Source: Bacteroidales bacterium (GTDB lineage Bacteria; Bacteroidota; Bacteroidia; Bacteroidales; UBA4417). Taken from it: 64,000 nt of DNA. Both the position numbers and the translations under genes were made by a program. Below are positions 56,024-64,000 of this stretch, one piece after another (the first letter of the stretch is position 1; the number at the start of each line of letters is the position of its first letter). The DNA lies in contig JBBRYZ010000003.1 of the NCBI GenBank assembly GCA_038237165.1, positions 2,898-66,897 of the forward strand. Direction: 5' to 3'. The notes under the pieces were generated by a model, which made no database searches, had not been told where the DNA came from, and saw only the letters and a program-made list of their open reading frames with translations.

Positions 56024-57112
56024 ATGAAAAAAACGCTACTCTTATTCCTGCTTGTTACAATTCTTGTAATAACGAAAGCACAAATTCCTGTAAATTATTA
56101 TGATGCAGCTTCAGGAAAAACTGGCGCAGAACTTAAAACAGCATTGTATAATATTATTAAAGGGCATACTGTGAAAAGTTATGATTATATATGGACAGCT
56201 TTCCAAACAACTGATAAAAAGTCAAATGGAAAGGTTTGGGACATGTACTCCGACATTCCCGGCGGTACCCCACCTTATGAATATACGATGATCTCAAACC
56301 AATGTGGAAATTATTCCGGCGAAGCATCCTGCTACAACCGCGAGCATAGTTTTCCTAAGAGTTGGTTTGGGGATGTTGCACCTATGAATTGCGATATATT
56401 TCATATTTACGCTACCGATGGATATGTTAATGGAAAAAGAAGTAATTATCCTTACGGGCCGGTAAGTTCACCTTCCTGGACATCATTGAATGGGTCAAAA
56501 CTCGGACCTTGCTCAGCACCTGGATATACGGGAACAGCGTTCGAACCTATTAATGAATACAAAGGCGACCTTGCCCGTACATATTTTTATATGGTGACAG
56601 GTTACGAAGATGTAGTCGCTTCATGGAACTCAAACCCAGAAGCACAACCTACACTTGACGGGACAAAATTCCCATGTTTCAACACATGGATACTCAACGT
56701 TTTGCTTGCATGGAACGCAGCTGATCCGGTCAGCCCTAAGGAAATTGCGCGTAATAATGCTGTTTATGCCATTCAGCATAATCGCAATCCTTACATTGAT
56801 CATCCTGAGTATGTGAACAGTGTTTGGGGCGCCTATGTTGGCATTACTGATACACCTGCACAAATAGCACTTCAGGTATATCCAAACCCGGTTTCAGGAA
56901 GTTGTACTGTAGTTTTACCTTCAGATTACAATCAACAAAATAATGGTTTTGTTGTTTATTCGTCAACAGGCACGCCGGTTTTTGCACCTATGAGTGTGAG
57001 TGGCGACAAGGCAATTCTGAACCTCGAGAGTTTGCCTGCCGGCTTTTACCTGGTACGACTTGCTCTTAATAATTACCATACCATATACCAGGCAAGGATT
57101 ATTAAGAATTAG
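56024..57112 (+). CDS. extracellular endonuclease I family nuclease with T9SS C-terminal sorting domain
   Basis: 362 aa. Signal ..TKA|QI; NREHSFPKSWFG, IFHIYATDGYVNGKRSNYPYG, EYKGDLARTYFYM, NRNPYIDHPE. CTD LQVYPNPVSG...GFYLVRL. Confidence 0.85.
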   Translation: MKKTLLLFLLVTILVITKAQIPVNYYDAASGKTGAELKTALYNIIKGHTVKSYDYIWTAFQTTDKKSNGKVWDMYSDIPGGTPPYEYTMISNQCGNYSGEASCYNREHSFPKSWFGDVAPMNCDIFHIYATDGYVNGKRSNYPYGPVSSPSWTSLNGSKLGPCSAPGYTGTAFEPINEYKGDLARTYFYMVTGYEDVVASWNSNPEAQPTLDGTKFPCFNTWILNVLLAWNAADPVSPKEIARNNAVYAIQHNRNPYIDHPEYVNSVWGAYVGITDTPAQIALQVYPNPVSGSCTVVLPSDYNQQNNGFVVYSSTGTPVFAPMSVSGDKAILNLESLPAGFYLVRLALNNYHTIYQARIIKN

Positions 57113-57284
57113 ATAACGGATTTCGCGTTATAAGCACTTTCCAGCATGCTAATTATTAAACATTTTATGTTTAGTGTTAATCATTAAAAAATGAATAACA
57201 TATAACACTTAATGAAAAATGTTAAAGTTGTGAAAAACAAACCTTTAAAAGTGAAAAACGAAAAGTGAAAATAGAAAATAGTAT

Positions 57285-57560
57285 TTAATGCGAATCAAGG
57301 GTTGGAACGAAATAGCCACGAAGTGGCTAAACATCAATATCCGCCTTAGGCGGAGCAACCAACGGTTATTGATTAATCTAGCGGGATCAGCCACGAAGTG
57401 GTTGAACAGAATTATGCATAATTCAACCCCTTCGGGGCTGACGCTAACTTGCCATTGTCAACCGTGGATTACTCCGCCTAAGGCGGATATTTAAGTGAAG
57501 CCCTTTCAGGGCTTTGCGGAAATATAGAGAAAAATTTAACCCTTGATTGGCATGATTAAC
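57285..57560. repeat. about 270-bp compound imperfect palindrome made of two inverted three-hairpin modules
   Basis: Centre gaattatg|cataattc at 57416/57417. Outer arms aatcaagggtt/aacccttgatt. A 20-nt block aatatccgccttaggcggag is present in both arms as a perfect inverted repeat. Local hairpins agccac-gaa-gtggct and cagccac-gaa-gtggttg (left arm) and caacccc-ttc-ggggctg and aagccc-tttc-agggctt (right arm). Confidence 0.8.
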
Positions 57561-57674
57561 AAATGCATGACTATTGTATGACCATTATATGACAACTCCT
57601 CCCCCTCGAACCAATCATTTTAACCTTGTCCAACTTTTAACGCGAACCACTGAACCCTTTTAACCCTTTTCCCC

Positions 57675-58121
57675 TTGCAAACCATACGAATCACAAAAGA
57701 ATTTAAATTTGAAATGGCTCACGCCCTTAAAGGATACGACGGGCTGTGCCGGAATATTCACGGCCATTCCTACGAACTGCTGGTAACGATTGCCGGAATT
57801 CCAATTGCAGACAGCACTTCAACTAAACTGGGAATGGTTATGGATTTCGGCGACCTGAAGAAAATCGTACGAAAAAATATTATAGATGAATTCGATCATG
57901 CCCTGGTGCTTAGCCGAGAATCAGCTAATGATTTTAAACCCGATGTTGAAATGTTCGGGCGTACCATTCTCGTTAACTATCAACCTACCAGCGAAAATAT
58001 GCTGATCGATTTTGTAGCGCGCCTCAAATCCCAACTGCCTGTAAATGTAAAGCTTCATCATTTGCTGCTCCGCGAAACTGTAACCTCGTATGCCGAATGG
58101 TTTGCGGAGGATAATGTATAA
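57675..58121 (+). CDS. queD: 6-carboxy-5,6,7,8-tetrahydropterin synthase
   Basis: 148 aa. TKEFKFEMAHAL...CRNIHGHSYEL. TTG start as given by the ORF track. Confidence 0.9.
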   Translation: MQTIRITKEFKFEMAHALKGYDGLCRNIHGHSYELLVTIAGIPIADSTSTKLGMVMDFGDLKKIVRKNIIDEFDHALVLSRESANDFKPDVEMFGRTILVNYQPTSENMLIDFVARLKSQLPVNVKLHHLLLRETVTSYAEWFAEDNV

Positions 58122-58143
58122 AATAATTTCGGATGTCGGATTG

Positions 58144-58293
58144 TAGAAGGGAACGCGGATAACGCGGAAAGAACGGATGAACGCGGATTTCGGATTGCGA
58201 ATATCGGATGTAAGATTGTGGATTTCAAATGTCGGATATCGTATTTTAGAAGGGAATGCGGATAACGCGGAAAGAACGGATGAACGCGGATTT
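58144..58293 (+). repeat. two copies of a 47-nt direct repeat (one mismatch) 103 bp apart, inside a CGGAT/GCGAAT word-rich spacer
   Basis: tagaagggaaYgcggataacgcggaaagaacggatgaacgcggattt at 58144-58190 and 58247-58293. Confidence 0.85.
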
Positions 58294-58312
58294 ATAGTTT
58301 TGTAAATCCACT

Positions 58313-58368
58313 ACTCATTATTCGCTATTCATTATTCATTGTTCATTGTTCATTGTTCATTATTCCTG
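58313..58368 (-). repeat. degenerate tandem array, 7-nt period (AATGAAC on the minus strand), 8 units
   Basis: Plus strand: actcatt attcgct attcatt attcatt gttcatt gttcatt gttcatt attcctg. Confidence 0.9.
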
Positions 58369-58431
58369 CTCTCCAGTCTCAGACACCCTCCGGGTGTACA
58401 GTCACTTTTCACTTTTTACTCTTCACTTTTT

Positions 58432-59049
58432 TCAGTCTCCCGAATCCAGCTTCATCTTTATTCTCGAAGCAATAATATCTATTGCAACCTTATTTTCGCC
58501 TCCTTGCGGCACAATAATATCGGCATTGCGTTTAGTAGGTTCGATAAACTGAATGTGCATAGGTTTCACCCATCGGCTATAATGCTCGAGTACCTGCATG
58601 GCATCACGGCCGCGCTCAACGGTATCGCGCCGGATAATGCGCATCAGGCGATCGTCGCTTTCGGCATCAACAAATATTTTTATATCCAGGCGCTTGGTCA
58701 GTTTGGGATCACTGTAAATCAAAATACCTTCAATAATAATTACCTGCCGTGGTTCTATCCTCACAGTTTCTTTTAATCTGGCACAGGTAATATAGGAATA
58801 CACAGGCATTTCGATGCTTTCACCACGACGCAACGCATCAATATGATCGATTAAAAGACTCCATTCAAAGGAATTGGGATGGTCGAAGTTTATTTTGAGT
58901 TTTTCTTCGGGAGAAAGATGTCCGTTATCCCAATAATAGGCATCCTGTGGAATTACAGCAACCGAATTCTTAGGCAAACGTTTGATGATTTCGCGGACAA
59001 CGGTAGTTTTTCCGCAGCCCGAGCCACCGGCAATTCCTATAATAAGCAT
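58432..59049 (-). CDS. udk: uridine kinase
   Basis: 205 aa. P-loop IIGIAGGSGCGKTTV; FDHPNSFE. Confidence 0.95.
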   Translation of the reverse strand: MLIIGIAGGSGCGKTTVVREIIKRLPKNSVAVIPQDAYYWDNGHLSPEEKLKINFDHPNSFEWSLLIDHIDALRRGESIEMPVYSYITCARLKETVRIEPRQVIIIEGILIYSDPKLTKRLDIKIFVDAESDDRLMRIIRRDTVERGRDAMQVLEHYSRWVKPMHIQFIEPTKRNADIIVPQGGENKVAIDIIASRIKMKLDSGD

Positions 59050-59101
59050 AATAAGAGCAGGTTAAAAAATATTTTGAGGGAGAGTACCAAAATGTAAAAG
59101 T

Positions 59102-59128
59102 AAAAAAAGCCCCGGATTATCGGAGCTT
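59102..59128 (-). terminator. intrinsic terminator of the mmd operon
   Basis: On the minus strand: gctccg-ataatc-cggggc followed by T7, about 195 nt after the mmdB stop. Confidence 0.6.
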
Positions 59129-59322
59129 TCTTTGTGATTTTGTGAATTTTTATTCTGTATAAAGCCTTACAGTGTTACAAAGTTACAGCGTTACAGGTCG
59201 CTGAGCGATGGTTGGTGAGCGAAGCCGAACCAAGCCGAAGCTCAGAGTTACAGTATTCCTCTCTTTACATCCTTATATCCTACTCCTTATAACTTATACC
59301 TTTCCTTACTTCTTATAACTTA

Positions 59323-60516
59323 TTAATACAGGAAACTGAGCAAAATACCCGCTGCAACGGCGCTGCCAATAACTCCTGCTACATTGGGTCCCATAGCATG
59401 CATAAGCAGGTGGTTTGTACTATCATATTCCAATCCAACAACTTGCGATACCCTGGCACTTGCAGGAACGGCCGAAACACCGGCATTTCCAATAAGCGGA
59501 TTTATTTTGTTCCCTTCTTTCAGAAAAAGGTTGAATATCTTTACAAACATCACACCTCCAAAAGTTGCAACTGCAAACGATAACGCACCAAGCACAAAAA
59601 TACCTACCGATTTTGGAGTTAAAAAAGTTGTTGCCTGTGTAGATGCTCCCACTGTAAGTCCAAGCAGAATTGTAACTATATCAATCAACGGACCTTTGGC
59701 AGTATCGGCCAGACGTTTGGTAACAGTGCTTTCTTTAAGCAGGTTGCCTAAGAAAAGCATACCCAGTAAAGGAATGGCAGCCGGAACTATGAAACAGGTG
59801 AACAACATCCCGATTACAGGAAAAACAATTTTTTCGCGTTTGGAAACAGAGCGCGGTGGTTTCATCCGGATCAACCGTTCCTTTTTGGTAGTTAGTAACC
59901 TCATGATTGGAGGTTGTATAACAGGTACAAGAGCCATATAAGAATATGCGGATACAGCAATGGCGCCAAGTAGTTCAGGAGCTAGCTTCGAAGTAAGGAA
60001 AATAGCCGTAGGTCCGTCGGCGCCACCAATAATACCTATTGCCCCTGCTTCGTTGGGCAAAAAACCCAGTGCAAGAGCGCCGGCATATGCTCCAAATATA
60101 CCTAATTGTGCCGCAGCCCCAACGAGCATTAATTTCGGATTTGAGATAAGTGCCGAAAAATCAGTCATGGCGCCAATACCCAGAAAAATTATAGGTGGAT
60201 AAATGCCATATCGTACCCCAAAATAAAGATAATTGAGTACACTTCCACTTTGGTATATTCCAATCTCCGGGTTTAGAGGATCGCCACTCAAAATATGATC
60301 AGCTCCCAGAAAGGGAATATTCCCAACCAGTATTCCAAAGCCAATCGGAACCAGTAACATTGGTTCAAATCCCTTTGCAATTGCCAGGTAAATAAATCCA
60401 ATCCCGATAAGTATCATAAATACATGCCCCACTGTAAAATTAGCGAAGGCAGTGTACTGAAAGAACTGGACTATGTGATCGGACAAAAATGTCCATAAAT
60501 TTCCTGAAGTTCCCAT
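59323..60516 (-). CDS. mmdB: sodium-translocating decarboxylase beta subunit (MmdB/OadB/GcdB family)
   Basis: 397 aa polytopic protein. GIIGGADGPTAIF, NLLKES, GNAGVSAVP. Confidence 0.9.
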   Translation of the reverse strand: MGTSGNLWTFLSDHIVQFFQYTAFANFTVGHVFMILIGIGFIYLAIAKGFEPMLLVPIGFGILVGNIPFLGADHILSGDPLNPEIGIYQSGSVLNYLYFGVRYGIYPPIIFLGIGAMTDFSALISNPKLMLVGAAAQLGIFGAYAGALALGFLPNEAGAIGIIGGADGPTAIFLTSKLAPELLGAIAVSAYSYMALVPVIQPPIMRLLTTKKERLIRMKPPRSVSKREKIVFPVIGMLFTCFIVPAAIPLLGMLFLGNLLKESTVTKRLADTAKGPLIDIVTILLGLTVGASTQATTFLTPKSVGIFVLGALSFAVATFGGVMFVKIFNLFLKEGNKINPLIGNAGVSAVPASARVSQVVGLEYDSTNHLLMHAMGPNVAGVIGSAVAAGILLSFLY

Positions 60517-60520
60517 GTCG

Positions 60521-60964
60521 TTATTCTCCGATTACAATAAGAATATCCCCTTCCATCACGCTGGTACCTTTATCCGCTTTTATAGAAACAACATGTCCCT
60601 CTTTATCGGAATTGATGATATTCTCCATTTTCATGGCTTCCAGCATCAGCAGTTTCTGACCTATTTTTACCATATCGCCTTCGCGGATATAAAGCTCGAG
60701 AATGACTCCTGGCAAAGGTGATTTGATATTCCCTGTTCCCTTTGGCGCTGACGGATTGGCAGTTTTACTCATCGAAGGATGCGAATCTGTGGAAGGCACA
60801 GCCATTGTTCTTACCAATTTTGGTGTTTTAATTGGCTGTAGCTTGCGGTCTATTTCAATACTATATGTTATACCATTAACCTCTACTTCGGCTATATTGT
60901 CTTCGATACCTATGATTTCGGTTTCGTATTCGTTTCCGTGTATGGTGAATTTAAAATTTTTCAT
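60521..60964 (-). CDS. mmdC: biotin carboxyl carrier subunit
   Basis: 147 aa. Biotinylation motif LEAMKMEN. Confidence 0.85.
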   Translation of the reverse strand: MKNFKFTIHGNEYETEIIGIEDNIAEVEVNGITYSIEIDRKLQPIKTPKLVRTMAVPSTDSHPSMSKTANPSAPKGTGNIKSPLPGVILELYIREGDMVKIGQKLLMLEAMKMENIINSDKEGHVVSIKADKGTSVMEGDILIVIGE

Positions 60965-60974
60965 TTGCGATTAC

Positions 60975-61382
60975 TTATTGTTTGGGAATTCTGCGTAAGC
61001 CATAAATCTTTGAACTCCAGGGTGAATATGCTTTAGAAGCTTTTTTAATAGTCATCACTGCGTCTTCCAAGCCTTGCATTTGCTGGTTGTAAAGGTACAG
61101 TGTAAGCGAAATGGCAGCCAGGGTCTCACCGGGTATCTCTTCATCCTCTTCCTGAATTTCAATGCCAGGCTGCCTTTTTCTGAAAAGCTTCTTCCGGTCA
61201 ACATTGTACAATTTTGCCAGATACTTGAAGGTGATATACAGTAAAATCAGCGAAGCGAATACTATTGACATGGCAATTATTGCCATAGCAATTCCTAGTG
61301 GATCCATTTTGCCAAATTCCTCTGCCGCATGTCCCTTTACCCGACCAGTGGCTTCTGCCACCAATAACAGTGTCAGCATCAT
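60975..61382 (-). CDS. mmdD: OadG-family small membrane subunit (delta)
   Basis: 135 aa. A single TM helix [23 protein letters not shown]. Its start overlaps the mmdA stop by 4 nt. Confidence 0.6.
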   Translation of the reverse strand: MMLTLLLVAEATGRVKGHAAEEFGKMDPLGIAMAIIAMSIVFASLILLYITFKYLAKLYNVDRKKLFRKRQPGIEIQEEDEEIPGETLAAISLTLYLYNQQMQGLEDAVMTIKKASKAYSPWSSKIYGLRRIPKQ

Positions 61383-62938
61383 AATGGTAAGTTTGAATGT
61401 TTCTTGGCAGGATTGGTATCCTTCTTGGTCGATAATGCCTGAAAAGCACGTATTACTCTAAAACGAGTATTGCGAGGTACGATCACATCATCAATAAAAC
61501 CATAGCTTGCGGCATCGTAAGGATTGGCAAATTTGGTTTTGTACTCGTTTTCGTATTTATGAAATTCTACTTCCCTGTCCGAAGGATCTTCTATCGAGGC
61601 AAGCTTTTTATTGTACAGTACTTCAATAGCACCTTTCGGACCCATTACTGCAATTTCGGCTGAAGGCCACGCATAGTTTATATCGCCACGCAAATGCTTA
61701 GAACTCATTACGTCGTAAGCTCCACCATACGCTTTACGAAGGATTACGGTAACTTTGGGAACGGTAGCTTCTCCATAAGCAAACAGCAGTTTGGCTCCGT
61801 GAATAATAATCCCGCCATATTCCTGCGCCGTACCCGGAAGGAAACCAGGAACATCAACCAAAGTAAGAATAGGCATATTGAATGCATCGCAGAAGCGAAC
61901 AAAACGGGCTGCTTTGCGCGAAGCATTTATATCCAGAACACCGGCAAGATAATTGGGCTGATTGGCAACAATACCAACCGGCATGCCGTTGAAGCGGGCA
62001 AAACCTATTACGATATTGGGAGCAAAATGGCGGGCAACTTCCAGAAACTCGTTGTTGTCGGCTATCAGATGGATTACATCCTTTATATCATATGGTTTAT
62101 TCGGATTTTCAGGAACAATTTCATTTAAAGATTCTTCCAGGCGATCAATTGGATCAATGCAAGGGGTTAGTGGTGGATCTTCGAGGTTATTTGACGGCAG
62201 ATAGCTGAGTATTTTGCGTAAAAGCTGAATTCCTTCCTGTTCGTCCTCGGCAACAAAATGCGAAACGCCCGACTTGGAACCGTGAACCATTGCTCCGCCA
62301 AGTTCATCGTCGGTAACAATTTCGCCGGTAACTGTCTTTACTACTTTGGGGCCGGTTACAAACATATAACTGTTTGTTTTCGACATGATGATAAAATCGG
62401 TGAGAGCCGGACTGTAAACAGCGCCACCTGCACAAGGGCCGAAAATAGCCGATAACTGTGGAATTACACCCGATGCCATAATGTTACGCTGGAAAATTTC
62501 GGCATAACCGGCAAGACTCTGAACGCCTTCCTGTATGCGTGCTCCGCCTGAATCGTTGATGCCGATTAATGGAGCCCCTACCTTCATGGCCTGGTCCATT
62601 ACCTTGCATATTTTCTTAGCATATCCCTCGCCAAGGGAACCTCCGAAAACAGTAAAGTCCTGGGAGAAAACATATACCAGGCGGCCATCGATGGTTCCGA
62701 ACCCGGTAACCACCCCATCTGTGAGATACTTTTCGTTTTCGATGCCAAAATCAGTGCAGCGGTGCGAAACAAACATGTCGAATTCCTCAAAACTGCCTTC
62801 ATCGAGCAATAAGTCGATGCGTTCGCGGGCGGTGAGTTTACCCTTTTTGTGCTGCGAGTCTATTCGTTTCTGGCCACCACCCAGTTGTGCAAGTTCGCGC
62901 TTATCAAGTAGTTGCTTGATTTTATCTTCACTAGCCAT
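61379..62938 (-). CDS. mmdA: methylmalonyl-CoA decarboxylase alpha subunit / acyl-CoA carboxyltransferase
   Basis: 519 aa. [49 protein letters not shown]. Confidence 0.9.
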   Translation of the reverse strand: MASEDKIKQLLDKRELAQLGGGQKRIDSQHKKGKLTARERIDLLLDEGSFEEFDMFVSHRCTDFGIENEKYLTDGVVTGFGTIDGRLVYVFSQDFTVFGGSLGEGYAKKICKVMDQAMKVGAPLIGINDSGGARIQEGVQSLAGYAEIFQRNIMASGVIPQLSAIFGPCAGGAVYSPALTDFIIMSKTNSYMFVTGPKVVKTVTGEIVTDDELGGAMVHGSKSGVSHFVAEDEQEGIQLLRKILSYLPSNNLEDPPLTPCIDPIDRLEESLNEIVPENPNKPYDIKDVIHLIADNNEFLEVARHFAPNIVIGFARFNGMPVGIVANQPNYLAGVLDINASRKAARFVRFCDAFNMPILTLVDVPGFLPGTAQEYGGIIIHGAKLLFAYGEATVPKVTVILRKAYGGAYDVMSSKHLRGDINYAWPSAEIAVMGPKGAIEVLYNKKLASIEDPSDREVEFHKYENEYKTKFANPYDAASYGFIDDVIVPRNTRFRVIRAFQALSTKKDTNPAKKHSNLPL

Positions 62939-63030
62939 TTTGTATGATTGGAATTGGATTATTGTTTGGATCAGGATTTAGTTGTTGGCTTCAGCCAATG
63001 CACTATGCACCAAGCACTATGCACTATTCT

Positions 63031-63441
63031 CTAAATATTTTTATTTTCACAAAGCTCGGTAAGCACCCCAAAAGTCGATTTCGGATGAAGGAAACCAATG
63101 CTCATGCCTTCGGCGCCTTTTCGCGACTGCTTGTCGATAAGTTGTATTCCATTAGCTTCGGTTTCGGCCAAAGCATTTTCGATATCCTTAACTGCAAATG
63201 CAATATGATGAATGCCTTCGCCTTTTTTCTCAAGGAATTTGCCGATAGGTCCTTCCGGATCAGTGCTCTCGAGTAATTCGATCTTGGTTTGACCGACCAT
63301 AAAGAATGCCGTCTTTACACGCTGGTCAGCAACTTCTTCTATAGCGTAGCATTTGAGTCCGAATACTTTTTCCCAGTATGGAATACTGACTTCCAGACTT
63401 TTAACTGCAATTCCGATGTGTTCGATGTGTGATAAATTCAT
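63031..63441 (-). CDS. mce: methylmalonyl-CoA epimerase (VOC fold)
   Basis: 136 aa. IEHIGIAVKSLE...GEGIHHIAFAV...GFLHPKS. Confidence 0.88.
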   Translation of the reverse strand: MNLSHIEHIGIAVKSLEVSIPYWEKVFGLKCYAIEEVADQRVKTAFFMVGQTKIELLESTDPEGPIGKFLEKKGEGIHHIAFAVKDIENALAETEANGIQLIDKQSRKGAEGMSIGFLHPKSTFGVLTELCENKNI

Positions 63442-63457
63442 AGGTTGAAATTTTTTG

Positions 63458-63465
63458 CAAAATTA
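63458..63465 (-). promoter_or_regulatory. -7 box TAATTTTG upstream of mce
   Basis: Exact TAnnTTTG on the minus strand, 16 nt upstream of the ATG at 63441. Confidence 0.3.
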
Positions 63466-63597
63466 ATTTCTTTTTGTTAATGAAATAACAATAGACAAAG
63501 AAATTAATTCAAAATCGTTAATATGGAATTATTCTATATAAGTAAATATAGATTGTTGGGTGAGAGGGGGTTGGGGAATGGGCAATAATTAGACTCA

Positions 63598-63626
63598 GTA
63601 TCCGTAGTCTGCGACTACGGATACTA
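63598..63626. other. perfect 13-bp hairpin (agtatccgtagtc-tgc-gactacggatact)
   Basis: Read directly. A T-rich run (attcattttattttt) follows on the plus strand, yet the only neighbouring genes are on the minus strand. Confidence 0.6.
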
Positions 63627-63722
63627 TTCATTTTATTTTTGGAACACTACGGACATCCGGGTCAGTGGACTCCTGCAAAAGCATGAAGAAAGATGAAAGT
63701 CCTCTATATCAGACAAACTTAG

Positions 63723-64000
63723 CTACTCCGTTACCGCTATAAACCGGTGAAAGAAACCATCACCAAAGTGCACTTCCTTTTGCGTTTGATCATCATATTT
63801 AAGTACTCCATTGTATATCACTTTGGTGCAAATCATCGATGTATAGATTCGTGTTATGGTGCATAAAACTGTGTCCTCTTTATTTTCTCTCCATTTGATG
63901 TATGTAGTCGCTAGCTCATCAGTCCTTCCTGGTTTATTCTCTGTCCGGGGTCCTTCGTACGGGAAAAGTCTCATTAAATACTCCCCATTGCCGGTATTTT
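63723..64000 (-). CDS. hypothetical protein, possibly partial (frame open to the window edge)
   Basis: The track ORF starts at 63974, but the frame has no stop upstream to position 64000. No family recognised. Confidence 0.3.
   Translation of the reverse strand, partial: NTGNGEYLMRLFPYEGPRTENKPGRTDELATTYIKWRENKEDTVLCTITRIYTSMICTKVIYNGVLKYDDQTQKEVHFGDGFFHRFIAVTE

Noticed and set aside
57113-57674. A preQ1 or other riboswitch, given the long structured leader before queD.
   Set aside because: I could not recognise the compact preQ1-I/II/III pseudoknot consensus. The structure is an inverted duplication of a hairpin module and ends more than 110 nt before the start codon. cmsearch would be needed to exclude a riboswitch formally.
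58215-58235. DnaA-box-like TTGTGGATTT (also at 17766-17775), suggesting oriC.
   Set aside because: These are isolated 7/9 matches. One is simply half of a terminator stem, and there is no cluster of boxes, AT-rich unwinding element, or dnaA/dnaN nearby.

Overview
This 64-kb window looks like chromosomal DNA from an AT-rich member of the Bacteroidota. The evidence is several cargo proteins with type IX secretion (T9SS) C-terminal sorting domains, a PorZ-like double-propeller protein, a BlaR1/TonB-C fusion, TAnnTTTG -7 promoter boxes, a lipoprotein glutaminyl cyclase, and Gln at the +1 position after signal-peptide cleavage.

Most genes are housekeeping: polA, mgsA, two ssb paralogs, lysS, recO, ispG, pth, udk, queD, speA/speB, a PiT phosphate transporter, an ALDH7-like dehydrogenase, a MATE pump, a transaminase/omega-amidase pair, and an mce-mmdADCB sodium-pumping methylmalonyl-CoA decarboxylase operon. 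The left end carries a hybrid histidine kinase, a sigma-54 activator and an orphan receiver. I found no rRNA, tRNA or CRISPR array.

The unusual content is non-coding or mobile:
- **REPtron (35.2-36.2 kb).** An HUH/Y1 RAYT transposase is bracketed by inverted REP hairpins. It carries a REP-bounded tandem partial duplication, and the genes on both sides are truncated.
- **Compound palindrome upstream of queD (about 270 bp).** It is built from two inverted three-hairpin modules whose hairpins are kept by compensatory changes.
- **Three-way-junction element between speA and speB (about 150 nt).**
- **Degenerate tandem word arrays with 7-9 nt periods.** They are G-rich and C-poor on the sense strand and usually start exactly at a stop codon. 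Several satisfy the G-quadruplex motif.

I found no recognisable defence system. All functional calls come from motif recognition by eye; no searches were run.
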